A stretch of DNA of 64,000 nucleotides, from assembly GCA_041485085.1 (NCBI GenBank), contig JBGPIX010000001.1, positions 8,564 to 72,563 of the forward strand. Direction: 5' to 3'. A program made the translations under genes and the position numbers. Positions 55,621 to 64,000 of this stretch are shown piece after piece. Below the pieces are notes generated by a model. The model had not been told where the DNA came from. It saw only the letters and a list, made by a program, of their open reading frames with translations, and ran no database searches. Every line of letters starts with the position of its first letter. Within the stretch, counting starts at the first letter, position 1. Source of the stretch: Candidatus Acidiferrum sp. Its GTDB lineage: Bacteria; Acidobacteriota; Terriglobia; Acidiferrales; UBA7541.

Positions 55621-56901
55621 GTGGGACATGTCTTAATTATCGCGTATCACTTCCCACCGTGCGTGGGATCAAGCGGACTTCTTCGCTCGGAGAAATTCTC
55701 ACGGTACCTTCCGGAATTTGGCTGGCAGCCTATTGTCCTCACACTTCATCCGCGGGCATACGACTCGATTGATCTCCGGTCTAGTAAAAGGGTGCATGTG
55801 CCGGTGGTTCGGACGTTTGCACTCGATACAAAGAAGCATCTCAGCGTCTGGGGCTCCTACCTCGGCTGGATGGCGCTGCCGGATCGATGGGTGAGCTGGG
55901 TCCTTGGGGCGATTCCTACAGGCCTCTCAATCATCCGGAAATACCGTATCGAGGTAATTTTCTCCACATTTCCGATTTCGACCGCGATTCTCATCGGCCT
56001 CCTGCTCCATCGATTAACGGGAAAACCTTGGGTGGTCGATTTGCGTGACTCAATGACTGAGGAAGACTATCCAAAAGAAGCTAGGAGCAGACGAGTGCGG
56101 CGTTGGATTGAAGCTCAAGCCATGCGCCACGCATCGCGTGTGATCTTCACGGCCGCATCTACCCAGAGGATGTATCTCAATCGCTACCCGGTACTCTCGC
56201 GGGAGAAATGTCTCTTGATTCCAAATGGATACGATGAAGATGACTTTGCATCATTGAGCCTTCGTCGGCCACAACCCGTTCCCGCCTCCAGACCTTTGGT
56301 CCTGCTCCACACCGGTCTCGTTTATCCGGAAGAACGTGACCCGCGGCCATTTTTCCGTACCATCGGCCGGCTGAAACGGGAAAGAAGAATTAGTGCTGCG
56401 GATCTGGCTATCGTTTTTCGAGCGTCAGGATCCGAAGAGCTTTTCCAAAGAATGATCAATGAAGTCGATATCTCGGATATTATCCGGCTTCGGCCGCATA
56501 TCCCATATGAGCAGTCACTGCAGGAATGCGCGGACGCAGATGGATTGCTGTTGTTTCAGGCGGCGAATTGCGATCACCAGATTCCAGCCAAAGCGTATGA
56601 ATATCTTCGCATGGGCAGGCCGATTCTTGCGATGACGACGCATACTGGCGATACAGCCGCACTTCTCAACGAGGTAGGCGGAGCGACCATCGTCAAACTC
56701 GCGGAAGACGACGACATCTATGGCGGGCTGGCGGAATTTCTGGCGGCAATCCGGGCGGGAATTCACCCTCTGCCGCGGCTAGCCGATGTCCAACGGTACG
56801 CGCGGAAAAACCAAGCTAAAGAATTGGCCAAGTGTTTCACGGAGATTAGAAGGGAAACGTCGAATCCAGCAGAGCAACAAGCGGAAAGTCTGGCGCGTTA
56901 G
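55621..56901 (+). CDS. GT4-family glycosyltransferase
   Basis: LIIAYHFPP, PD...W, DLRD, IPNGYD, PAKAYEYL; start GTG 55621 is uncertain. Confidence 0.85.
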   Translation: MGHVLIIAYHFPPCVGSSGLLRSEKFSRYLPEFGWQPIVLTLHPRAYDSIDLRSSKRVHVPVVRTFALDTKKHLSVWGSYLGWMALPDRWVSWVLGAIPTGLSIIRKYRIEVIFSTFPISTAILIGLLLHRLTGKPWVVDLRDSMTEEDYPKEARSRRVRRWIEAQAMRHASRVIFTAASTQRMYLNRYPVLSREKCLLIPNGYDEDDFASLSLRRPQPVPASRPLVLLHTGLVYPEERDPRPFFRTIGRLKRERRISAADLAIVFRASGSEELFQRMINEVDISDIIRLRPHIPYEQSLQECADADGLLLFQAANCDHQIPAKAYEYLRMGRPILAMTTHTGDTAALLNEVGGATIVKLAEDDDIYGGLAEFLAAIRAGIHPLPRLADVQRYARKNQAKELAKCFTEIRRETSNPAEQQAESLAR

Positions 56902-56945
56902 CGGTTCTTGTTATTTTGCAATACTAGAAAGCAGAGTTGCCAATC

Positions 56946-58922
56946 ATGTGCGGAATTTATGGAGTGATGAACTTTAGAGAGCGCGAAACGCCACTCGCGC
57001 CACTCCTTGCTCGTATGGGAAGCGTCATCGAGCACAGAGGACCGAATGATAGCGGTACGTACCTCGGCCGCGGTATCGGACTTGGCATGAGGCGTCTCAG
57101 CATTATCGACGTTGCTGGTGGTCACCAGCCGATTTCCAACGAAGACGAAACTGTGTGGCTCGTTTTGAATGGTGAGATATATAACTTCGAGGAATTACGC
57201 GCAATCCTTGAGAAGAAGGGGCATCGCTTTCGGACGCACAGCGACACCGAAGTCATTGTGCATCTGTACGAAGAGGAAGGCCTGGCGTTTCTCAAACGGC
57301 TTCGGGGCATGTTTGCTCTTGCTCTATGGGACCTCAAACGCGAGCTTTTGATTCTCGGCCGCGATCGCATCGGAGAGAAACCCCTCTACGTCTGGCGGGA
57401 CGCAAACCGGTTGCTGTTTGCCTCGGAGTTGAAGTCCATCCTCCAGGTTGAAGACGTGCCAAGACGCTTGAATCTGGATGCACTGCAAGAATATCTTGCA
57501 CTCGGCTACGTGCCAGCCCCACTCACCATGTTGCGAGGAATCGAAAAGATCCTCCCCGGGCATTGCCTCGTTGTCGAAAAAGGCCGCATCCAGGAACATG
57601 AATATTGGGATGTGCCTTGCGGGCCCGTGGAGAATCATTCGGAATACGAATGGATTGAACGCATCCGCGATAAACTGCTCGAGACAGTCAAAATGCAGCT
57701 CGTAAGCGACGTGCCGCTTGGGGCTTTCTTGAGCGGCGGAATAGATTCAAGCACGATTGTCGCGGCAATGTCTCGCCTGACGGGTCAGCCCGTAAAAACG
57801 TACTCGATAGGATATGGGGACGAACAGAGTTACTACAATGAGCTTCCCTACGCAAAGATTGTCGCGCAAGCCTTCGGGACCGACCACCACGAGATCATTG
57901 TTCGCCCAGAAGTAAGCGAATTGCTGCCGAAGATGATGTGGCATTTGGATGAACCAATTGCGGACTCAGCCTGTCTGACAACGTACTTAGTGTCGCGGTT
58001 GGCGCGAGAGAGCGTGACCGTGATTTTGTCAGGCGTGGGCGGAGATGAGCTATTTGGAGGCTATCGGCGATACCTAGGGGACAGCCTGCATCGGTGGTAC
58101 CGTTTGCTACCTGGGCCAATCCGGCACAGTTGGCTGCCGACACTACTGCGGCAGGTCCCGCAAGACCGTGGGTCTGCCTGGAAAGACTACGCGCGTTACG
58201 CAGCAGCGTTCACAAAAACAGCAGAAGAAGATCCGGCGACTCGCTACATGAGCTACATAACGCTCTTTTCGCCCCGCGTCCAAGCAGACTTGCTGACGGA
58301 GGGAGCGCGCCAGAGCTTGAACGGAAACGAGACTGCGGCGGCGGCTTTGCGAAAGTACTTTGGGAGTCGCACTGAAGATGATTCCCTCAATCGCATTATT
58401 TATGCAGACTTGAAGACTTCACTGCCAGATGATTTGCTCGCCCTTACCGACCGGATGAGTATGGCCGCCTCGGTTGAATGCCGGGCGCCCTTCGTGGATT
58501 ATGAACTGGTCGAGTTAGCAAGCCGCATGCCTTCCTCTCTGAAAGTGCGCGGGCTCACCTTGAAGTACCTGTTGAAAAAAGCGGTGGCGCCGTGGCTGCC
58601 ACGTGAGGTCATTGAACGGAAGAAGCGCGGCTTTGGAGCCCCAGTCGGCGGATGGCTGCGGCAGGACTTGAAGCCGTTGATCCACGAGCTACTGTCTGAA
58701 ACACAAGTACAGCGGCGTGGCCTATTTCACTGGCCAGCCATCCGGCAACTTATCACCGCGCATGAGGAGCAGCGCAGCGATCATACCGATCATATCTTCG
58801 CGCTCCTTGCTCTTGAAACGTGGTGCCGAATCTACCTCGACGGCTCCGCGTGGAATGCCGAGGAATCTCGTTCGAGAAAACGGCCCGAAAGTGTTCCAGC
58901 TTCGGGATTAAGGACTGCGTAA
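56946..58922 (+). CDS. asnB: Asparagine synthase (glutamine-hydrolysing) family amidotransferase
   Basis: MCGIYG, HRGP, RRLSIID, NGEIYN, LSGGIDSS, GVGGDELFGGY. Confidence 0.92.
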   Translation: MCGIYGVMNFRERETPLAPLLARMGSVIEHRGPNDSGTYLGRGIGLGMRRLSIIDVAGGHQPISNEDETVWLVLNGEIYNFEELRAILEKKGHRFRTHSDTEVIVHLYEEEGLAFLKRLRGMFALALWDLKRELLILGRDRIGEKPLYVWRDANRLLFASELKSILQVEDVPRRLNLDALQEYLALGYVPAPLTMLRGIEKILPGHCLVVEKGRIQEHEYWDVPCGPVENHSEYEWIERIRDKLLETVKMQLVSDVPLGAFLSGGIDSSTIVAAMSRLTGQPVKTYSIGYGDEQSYYNELPYAKIVAQAFGTDHHEIIVRPEVSELLPKMMWHLDEPIADSACLTTYLVSRLARESVTVILSGVGGDELFGGYRRYLGDSLHRWYRLLPGPIRHSWLPTLLRQVPQDRGSAWKDYARYAAAFTKTAEEDPATRYMSYITLFSPRVQADLLTEGARQSLNGNETAAAALRKYFGSRTEDDSLNRIIYADLKTSLPDDLLALTDRMSMAASVECRAPFVDYELVELASRMPSSLKVRGLTLKYLLKKAVAPWLPREVIERKKRGFGAPVGGWLRQDLKPLIHELLSETQVQRRGLFHWPAIRQLITAHEEQRSDHTDHIFALLALETWCRIYLDGSAWNAEESRSRKRPESVPASGLRTA

Positions 58923-61172
58923 ATAGAAGAACGACACCCATGTACTTAGTCCTAGCCAACCAAACAAAGATAAGACTCTAAGCGCCGTGACGTACGCTCC
59001 GCCCATCCGCCGATAAAGAGTAAGAAAGAGTTCTTGAAAAGCAAGAATCATCAAGCCGAGTGCTGATGCTCGAAGCCGGTAGAGAAATAGATCTCTGAAG
59101 CGTGGATATCGCAATGCTGCCACCTCGTAATTTGCGTGAAGTGCCGCGATCTGGGCAGCCACATTCACTGGCGGAGCCTCCAAGACCCCTACGATCGGGC
59201 GGCGTGTGGCCGCGAACGTCTCGTCGATAGAGATCGTTTCGCCTTGGCGGGAAATAAGTTTTGAACCAGTCTTGAGCGGCAAAAGGATTTTCCAAGATCG
59301 GGCGTCGTTCCACTGAAGAACGCGGTCCTGCGATTGAGAAGAACCGGCAAGGGATGCGTTGTCATCCAACACCCATATCGTTACAGCCCATGCGCCTGCC
59401 GCAGACTGTTCTGTCACCACGGCTTCTGTCGGTTGAGGTTTCCCCCCCGCAAATGCCCAACCAGCAAATGGGTCACGATTCCCTCGGAGATTTCTAATCG
59501 TCAACGAAGCGGGGCCGAGAAAATAAGCTCGTAGTTGCCCAGGCACACCCTCAGCAAAGAGCCCGAACATGCCCGGTACCGTCCCAGGCTCCACGCGAAC
59601 ATTGGGAGCGGCAGTCCAAATTGTCTGTAAATTCTTCTTAGGAGCTCCGATGCATTCATCGACAAGCACCCAGATGGAAGTGGCCGCGTGAATCACCAAT
59701 CGTCGAACTACGAGAGCATCTGGTCCGCGACGCTCCATCTCGGCCGCCAATAGCCCGGGCAACTGCAGGGAGGTTAACAGGTTACTAGTTCGCGGTTGGG
59801 TGCACTCCTCTCCGACCAGGTGAGGTGCATTGGAGCCCTCCCAGCACTCTGCATGGCGGCGGTCGGGATCCTCGTAGGACCAGTAACCGGCATTCGTCCA
59901 CCATTCATGCCCTTTCGCCCATAGGAGAACACTCGTCTCGTCGGCGTGTTTGTGGCCATGCCCGGAATAGTACGACCAACTGAGGAGGGTCTGCGAAAGA
60001 GGAGGAAGAGAAGGCCAACTCTGGAGTCCATCCCAAAACACGGCATAACCTGCCACGGGATACAAACCAAATGATTCGCGAGGCTTTTCTTCTCTTTGTG
60101 ATGTCAGCGGACCGAATCGGCCGTTCTGGTCCGGCTGCGCAATCCGTACACCGCTCTTTTTCATTCCAATCCATGTGTCACCAAATGGAGGCAGAGAACC
60201 GTCGGGTCGTCGAATCTCGTCATAGAAACTCTCAGCTTTCTTATACTTACTGCTCCATTCAGGTGGAACATCCAAATGAAGGAGGGTCGCATAGCGGAGC
60301 ACGAGCCCGAAGAGGAAGAGCCCAGACTCGTGATATCCCGCGGAATGCTCAAGGATTACTCCATCGGGCCCGACAAAAAAAGAGAGCTGATCTCTAAGAC
60401 GAGAGAGCGCCGTCTGCTTGTATTCTTCAGCGCGCGGCAAAGAAGGAAAAGCGAGGCAGATTTGCCAAAGCGCGAGATTCTGCATGACTCCGTGGTTTGT
60501 GGCGAAGTTGTATTGCTCTGGCTTAGCCAAAAACGCCCCAGTGCGCGCCGCAAATCCCCATAACTCGGCTGCCACGTCAGAACGATAGTCTGGCCGGCGG
60601 CGGTAGATGTTCCAAAAGTCAGCCAGTGTGCGCGCGCGGGAAGCAACTGCATGATCGTTCCATAAGAATCCTTTATCTAACCATGCTTTTCTCTCGAACC
60701 TGGCCCAAGCCAAAATCGTATCTCGGGCCGCTTCATAGAACTCCTGTCTTCCCGTGTGCTCATAGGCGTCCAGGAAAGTTTCAGGAACGATGAGCCCAGC
60801 GAAATGCAACTGCCATTGGCCGGAACCGCGGTCAAGATCGGAAGGGGCAAATGGAAGTTGAATTTCAACGGGCTCAAAGCCGGGAATCTCCGCCCTCCCT
60901 CGTAAGAGCTTCTCGGCTGTGCCAATCAGTTGGACTTCACTCGGCCAATCGTACTCCAAAAGTCGGTGCGAGCGCATTTCTTCGAGCATCGCATCGGGAG
61001 GCTGCGTCCGGCCTTGCTCTATCATTCTTTGAGTGATGATCTCGCGGGGCACATAGTCGCGTTTGAATTCGGGATACCAAACAAGTTTTAGAAAGAATGT
61101 GAATAACAGAATCGTAAGTAAGTAGACTGCTCGTGATACTGCAAGCTTGTTCTGGCGCGAGTAGAGGGCCAC
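58908..61172 (-). CDS. Heparinase II/III-family protein with N-terminal and C-terminal TM helices
   Basis: W.DH...R, TNHGVMQ, EHSAGYH, P.FGD, GHKHAD; hydrophobic segments at both termini. Confidence 0.82.
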   Translation of the reverse strand: MALYSRQNKLAVSRAVYLLTILLFTFFLKLVWYPEFKRDYVPREIITQRMIEQGRTQPPDAMLEEMRSHRLLEYDWPSEVQLIGTAEKLLRGRAEIPGFEPVEIQLPFAPSDLDRGSGQWQLHFAGLIVPETFLDAYEHTGRQEFYEAARDTILAWARFERKAWLDKGFLWNDHAVASRARTLADFWNIYRRRPDYRSDVAAELWGFAARTGAFLAKPEQYNFATNHGVMQNLALWQICLAFPSLPRAEEYKQTALSRLRDQLSFFVGPDGVILEHSAGYHESGLFLFGLVLRYATLLHLDVPPEWSSKYKKAESFYDEIRRPDGSLPPFGDTWIGMKKSGVRIAQPDQNGRFGPLTSQREEKPRESFGLYPVAGYAVFWDGLQSWPSLPPLSQTLLSWSYYSGHGHKHADETSVLLWAKGHEWWTNAGYWSYEDPDRRHAECWEGSNAPHLVGEECTQPRTSNLLTSLQLPGLLAAEMERRGPDALVVRRLVIHAATSIWVLVDECIGAPKKNLQTIWTAAPNVRVEPGTVPGMFGLFAEGVPGQLRAYFLGPASLTIRNLRGNRDPFAGWAFAGGKPQPTEAVVTEQSAAGAWAVTIWVLDDNASLAGSSQSQDRVLQWNDARSWKILLPLKTGSKLISRQGETISIDETFAATRRPIVGVLEAPPVNVAAQIAALHANYEVAALRYPRFRDLFLYRLRASALGLMILAFQELFLTLYRRMGGAYVTALRVLSLFGWLGLSTWVSFFYLRSP

Positions 61173-61352
61173 GGAACGAGTTTATACCATGTACATTTAA
61201 ATAGAACATGGTCACTCTGAAGGGTAAAGAATTAGAACAACCGCTGCATTCCCGGACACTCCGTGGAGAGTAAAAAGGAGACGAGGCCAGCTCACCCGTT
61301 TCCTTGGACATTCTTGTGCGCCTCGTACTCCAATAGTGCGCTCGTTCAATAT

Positions 61353-62639
61353 CTACTTCGGAGGCCCATCGGGATTGTCAGGCGCAAGCAATTTATCGGG
61401 CCAAGTATTGGCCTGAACAATGGAGTTAGGCCCAGCGGCAGCTGCTTCAGTCAGACGAAGCGCATAAGCATCCTGGCTCCAGCCATTTACAATTGCAAAG
61501 ATATTGAGTGCTGGAAAGTATCGGAAGCGGCCGTAGCTTCCCTTTGGCTGAGCTATGGAAGGGCCGCCAGGGAAGGACTTCTCTGTGCAAGATTTTCGAT
61601 CAGGGTCGAAAAGATAAACGGAATCGCCGCCTGCCCAACCAACTATGACGTGTTGCATGGTGTCAAAAGCCAATCCCGGAGCGGGAACATTCAATAGCGG
61701 TTCACAACCTCGTACCAACTTTGACCAATCCTGGATGGTGTACGTGGAACGCGGACCAATATCAATCACCCAGAACTGGCGGGGATAGCCAATCATTAGG
61801 AAAATCTTTCGCTCCGGGTCAATTGCGCCAGTCTGATGGTAGTCAACTCCGTGCAATTCAGAGAGCCTTTTGACCGTATTTGAGGCAGGATTATATCGGA
61901 AGAAATGTTCGGTATCGGAAAAGAAGACGTCGTGCGTATTTGGATCATAGTCGGCCGATATCCCAGGCGAGTACGAAAAGGAGTCGCCACGATGGGGCTC
62001 CATCAGAGTCCATGTCAGATTGGATAGATTCAATTTCCAGATCTTGTCGCTCATCGAACCACAATTTGACTTTGAGCCCCCAAAAGAAAACATTGCATCC
62101 TCCTCGGGCACTTGCACCAAACCGTTATAGGTGTGTCGAGCGGAGGGACGTCCATCGGAATATGATTCCGGACAACTATTCACATTTGAGACTGGGCTCG
62201 GGTCGGTGAGGCGCTCCATCTTGAGCCGCCTCAAGTCGAGAGCGTAGATCTCGTTGCCAAAGTAGTCTGAGTGACCCCCTCCCCAGATAATTAGGCGATT
62301 GCGCTTGATATCAGCGACACCTCCATTCCACGCGATGATGACTGATTGGCATCCAGTATTGCCTTGAATCTCCGGATTTGAAGGACAATGTAGAGCCAAC
62401 TGAGTGTTTGGGATTTCATGCCAGCCGATGCCCCTGAAGAGATTCTCGGCGGCCCCAGGATGTGTACCAACGCTATCCGCCAACGGATGCCCAGCAGCCG
62501 AGGCGGGGAAAGCCTGTGGCACAGTTTGCTGCGTGGTACGAGGAATCCGTAAGAATTGCCAGAAGTCATCAGAGGAGCTTCTTACGTTTTGCGTGAGGAC
62601 CAGGAACAGGATGCCTAAGAGGAACGCAGCCCTCGACAT
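61353..62639 (-). CDS. Secreted kelch-like beta-propeller protein
   Basis: Signal peptide from ATG 62639; AWNGG, WGGGHSDYFGNE, PSARHTY, FGGS, GSYGRFRY. Confidence 0.72.
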   Translation of the reverse strand: MSRAAFLLGILFLVLTQNVRSSSDDFWQFLRIPRTTQQTVPQAFPASAAGHPLADSVGTHPGAAENLFRGIGWHEIPNTQLALHCPSNPEIQGNTGCQSVIIAWNGGVADIKRNRLIIWGGGHSDYFGNEIYALDLRRLKMERLTDPSPVSNVNSCPESYSDGRPSARHTYNGLVQVPEEDAMFSFGGSKSNCGSMSDKIWKLNLSNLTWTLMEPHRGDSFSYSPGISADYDPNTHDVFFSDTEHFFRYNPASNTVKRLSELHGVDYHQTGAIDPERKIFLMIGYPRQFWVIDIGPRSTYTIQDWSKLVRGCEPLLNVPAPGLAFDTMQHVIVGWAGGDSVYLFDPDRKSCTEKSFPGGPSIAQPKGSYGRFRYFPALNIFAIVNGWSQDAYALRLTEAAAAGPNSIVQANTWPDKLLAPDNPDGPPK

Positions 62640-63021
62640 GATTACGCGGCAGCATGACACTAGAACGAGACTAGTGATGAAAAACCTGCTCTGCCCGTCC
62701 GGCTTCCCAAACCAAAATGACATTTTCTATTTTCCAAGAAATACGTGAACATCAACGTCAACATTCTCGCACTTACTGCGTTCATGTCCAGCCCGCTGGT
62801 TCAGCGCAATTATCCCGTGACGGGGTTAGATTCACAGCCTCACCGACTTTCGACTCCAACTGCCACGGTCAAGCGAAAAACTAGTGGGCCGTGCGACCCA
62901 ACGCGAGATCCGCCTTTTGGGAATAAGGCCCGCAGGTATCGAGTCCTCGAACCATCGAACTGAGAACCATCTGAATGGACCTGCATCCTTGGCTGACTGA
63001 CTGGCCCGCAGTGGTACTGCT

Positions 63022-64000
63022 CTATGGTGTTGGACCGGCGGGAGCCTGAATGGATTGCGTCGAGACAATTAGTTCGTCATACCAGACGTGTGCCGTCGGG
63101 TGCGCGACCGACGATTGCTTTCCGGTCATGTACTGAGTCAGCGTCAAGGTGTCAAATCCCACGGAGTCTTTGTCCTGGTTCAGCGTATAGCCCATGACGT
63201 TGATAAACTTCCGCATGCTCTGCCCTTGAGGAGCAAACCAAGCCTCCAAGCTGCTGCTCGGCTGCCCCCAGTCTCCTACGTGAACTTTGAAATAAAGCGT
63301 GTACCACGTGTTCGGCTGAATCCTAAAACAGGTCCCTGTCGGCCGGTCGTCCTTCCACTGGCACTTCTCGCCGGTGAACGGCGCAGGCGCCGTAAATCCC
63401 TGTTGTAAGAGAAATTCTCCCGTGGATGTATACGTCACGCCATCTAGTTTGGCTATGAACTGTTTGTTCCCGCAATCGGAATAGCCGGTGGGTATCGTCC
63501 ATGAATTGTGATCATGAATCGTGATCTCTTCAGCAGCACACGTGGAATTGTGGTTGTGGAAGATGGAGAGTTTCGGTGCTGTATTGCCCCCGTTGGGACC
63601 CGTCTTAGTCCAGTCAATCGAAACCCAGTTAGGATCGGCTCGAAAGGCATATTGGACATAAAACGTAGAATTCCGACCGAAAGTCTGTCCGAAATTCTGT
63701 ACCCAATTCGCCTCGAAATTTTCCCCCGTGTTGCCATATATGTCCCACCGAGCAGAACTGGTACCAGAGAAGGAGACATCCATATCTTGCTGAACGCATG
63801 GTGTCGGCCATGTCGGGCATTCTTTCTTGTAGTAAAAGCCCGTGTTAGGCCACACAGGTTGGACGAACGCCGAAGCTGCATCGAAACCTTGGCAGACGAT
63901 CACGCCAGCGTGCTCGCAGCGCGCTTGGAAGTTCTGAAGAGCCGAACTTGATTGTTCTGACGTTGTGGTCGCGGCCATAAGCAACGTAACCTGATTGCCT
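63022..64000 (-). CDS. 3' part of a protein with a jelly-roll polysaccharide-lyase/ConA-like domain; the frame stays open past the window end
   Basis: FYVQY.FR, K, WYTLYFKVH, LEAW, VWYDELIVS; no in-frame stop between 63984 and 64000. Confidence 0.6.
   Translation of the reverse strand, partial: GNQVTLLMAATTTSEQSSSALQNFQARCEHAGVIVCQGFDAASAFVQPVWPNTGFYYKKECPTWPTPCVQQDMDVSFSGTSSARWDIYGNTGENFEANWVQNFGQTFGRNSTFYVQYAFRADPNWVSIDWTKTGPNGGNTAPKLSIFHNHNSTCAAEEITIHDHNSWTIPTGYSDCGNKQFIAKLDGVTYTSTGEFLLQQGFTAPAPFTGEKCQWKDDRPTGTCFRIQPNTWYTLYFKVHVGDWGQPSSSLEAWFAPQGQSMRKFINVMGYTLNQDKDSVGFDTLTLTQYMTGKQSSVAHPTAHVWYDELIVSTQSIQAPAGPTP

Overview
This window is almost entirely one very large surface-polysaccharide locus, and it probably runs past both window ends. 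The source is most likely an Acidobacterium, inferred from the style of the giant IPT/TIG plus beta-propeller surface protein and the intergenic repeats. The core (26-59 kb) resembles the exosortase-A/PEP-CTERM-associated EPS gene set: priming sugar transferase, Wza, outer-membrane barrel, split Wzc, ExeA-like ATPase, FemAB-like protein, three AsnB-like enzymes, deacetylases, an O-antigen ligase/polymerase-family protein, and an ACP + AMP-ligase + LysA-like decarboxylase + GNAT module. No exosortase, Wzx flippase or sigma54 activator is visible in the window. Next to the core are a CDP-sugar/C-methyltransferase/DUF4910/Fe-oxygenase/PIG-L block with Wzm/Wzt, a 2823-aa modular surface protein, and several secreted glycan-active proteins. 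Reading the intergenic DNA gave three things the ORF track misses: (i) seven canonical and one deviant sigma54 -24/-12 promoters, seven of them paired with a ~25-bp IHF-like dyad; (ii) a 55-aa ORF (11391-11558) that is essentially a bare PEP-CTERM-like sorting signal with its own sigma54 promoter; (iii) a sigma70-like promoter firing into a small direct/inverted repeat array (25843-26057). Family assignments come from motif recognition and gene context. TIGR/Pfam names are recalled resemblances, not database hits.
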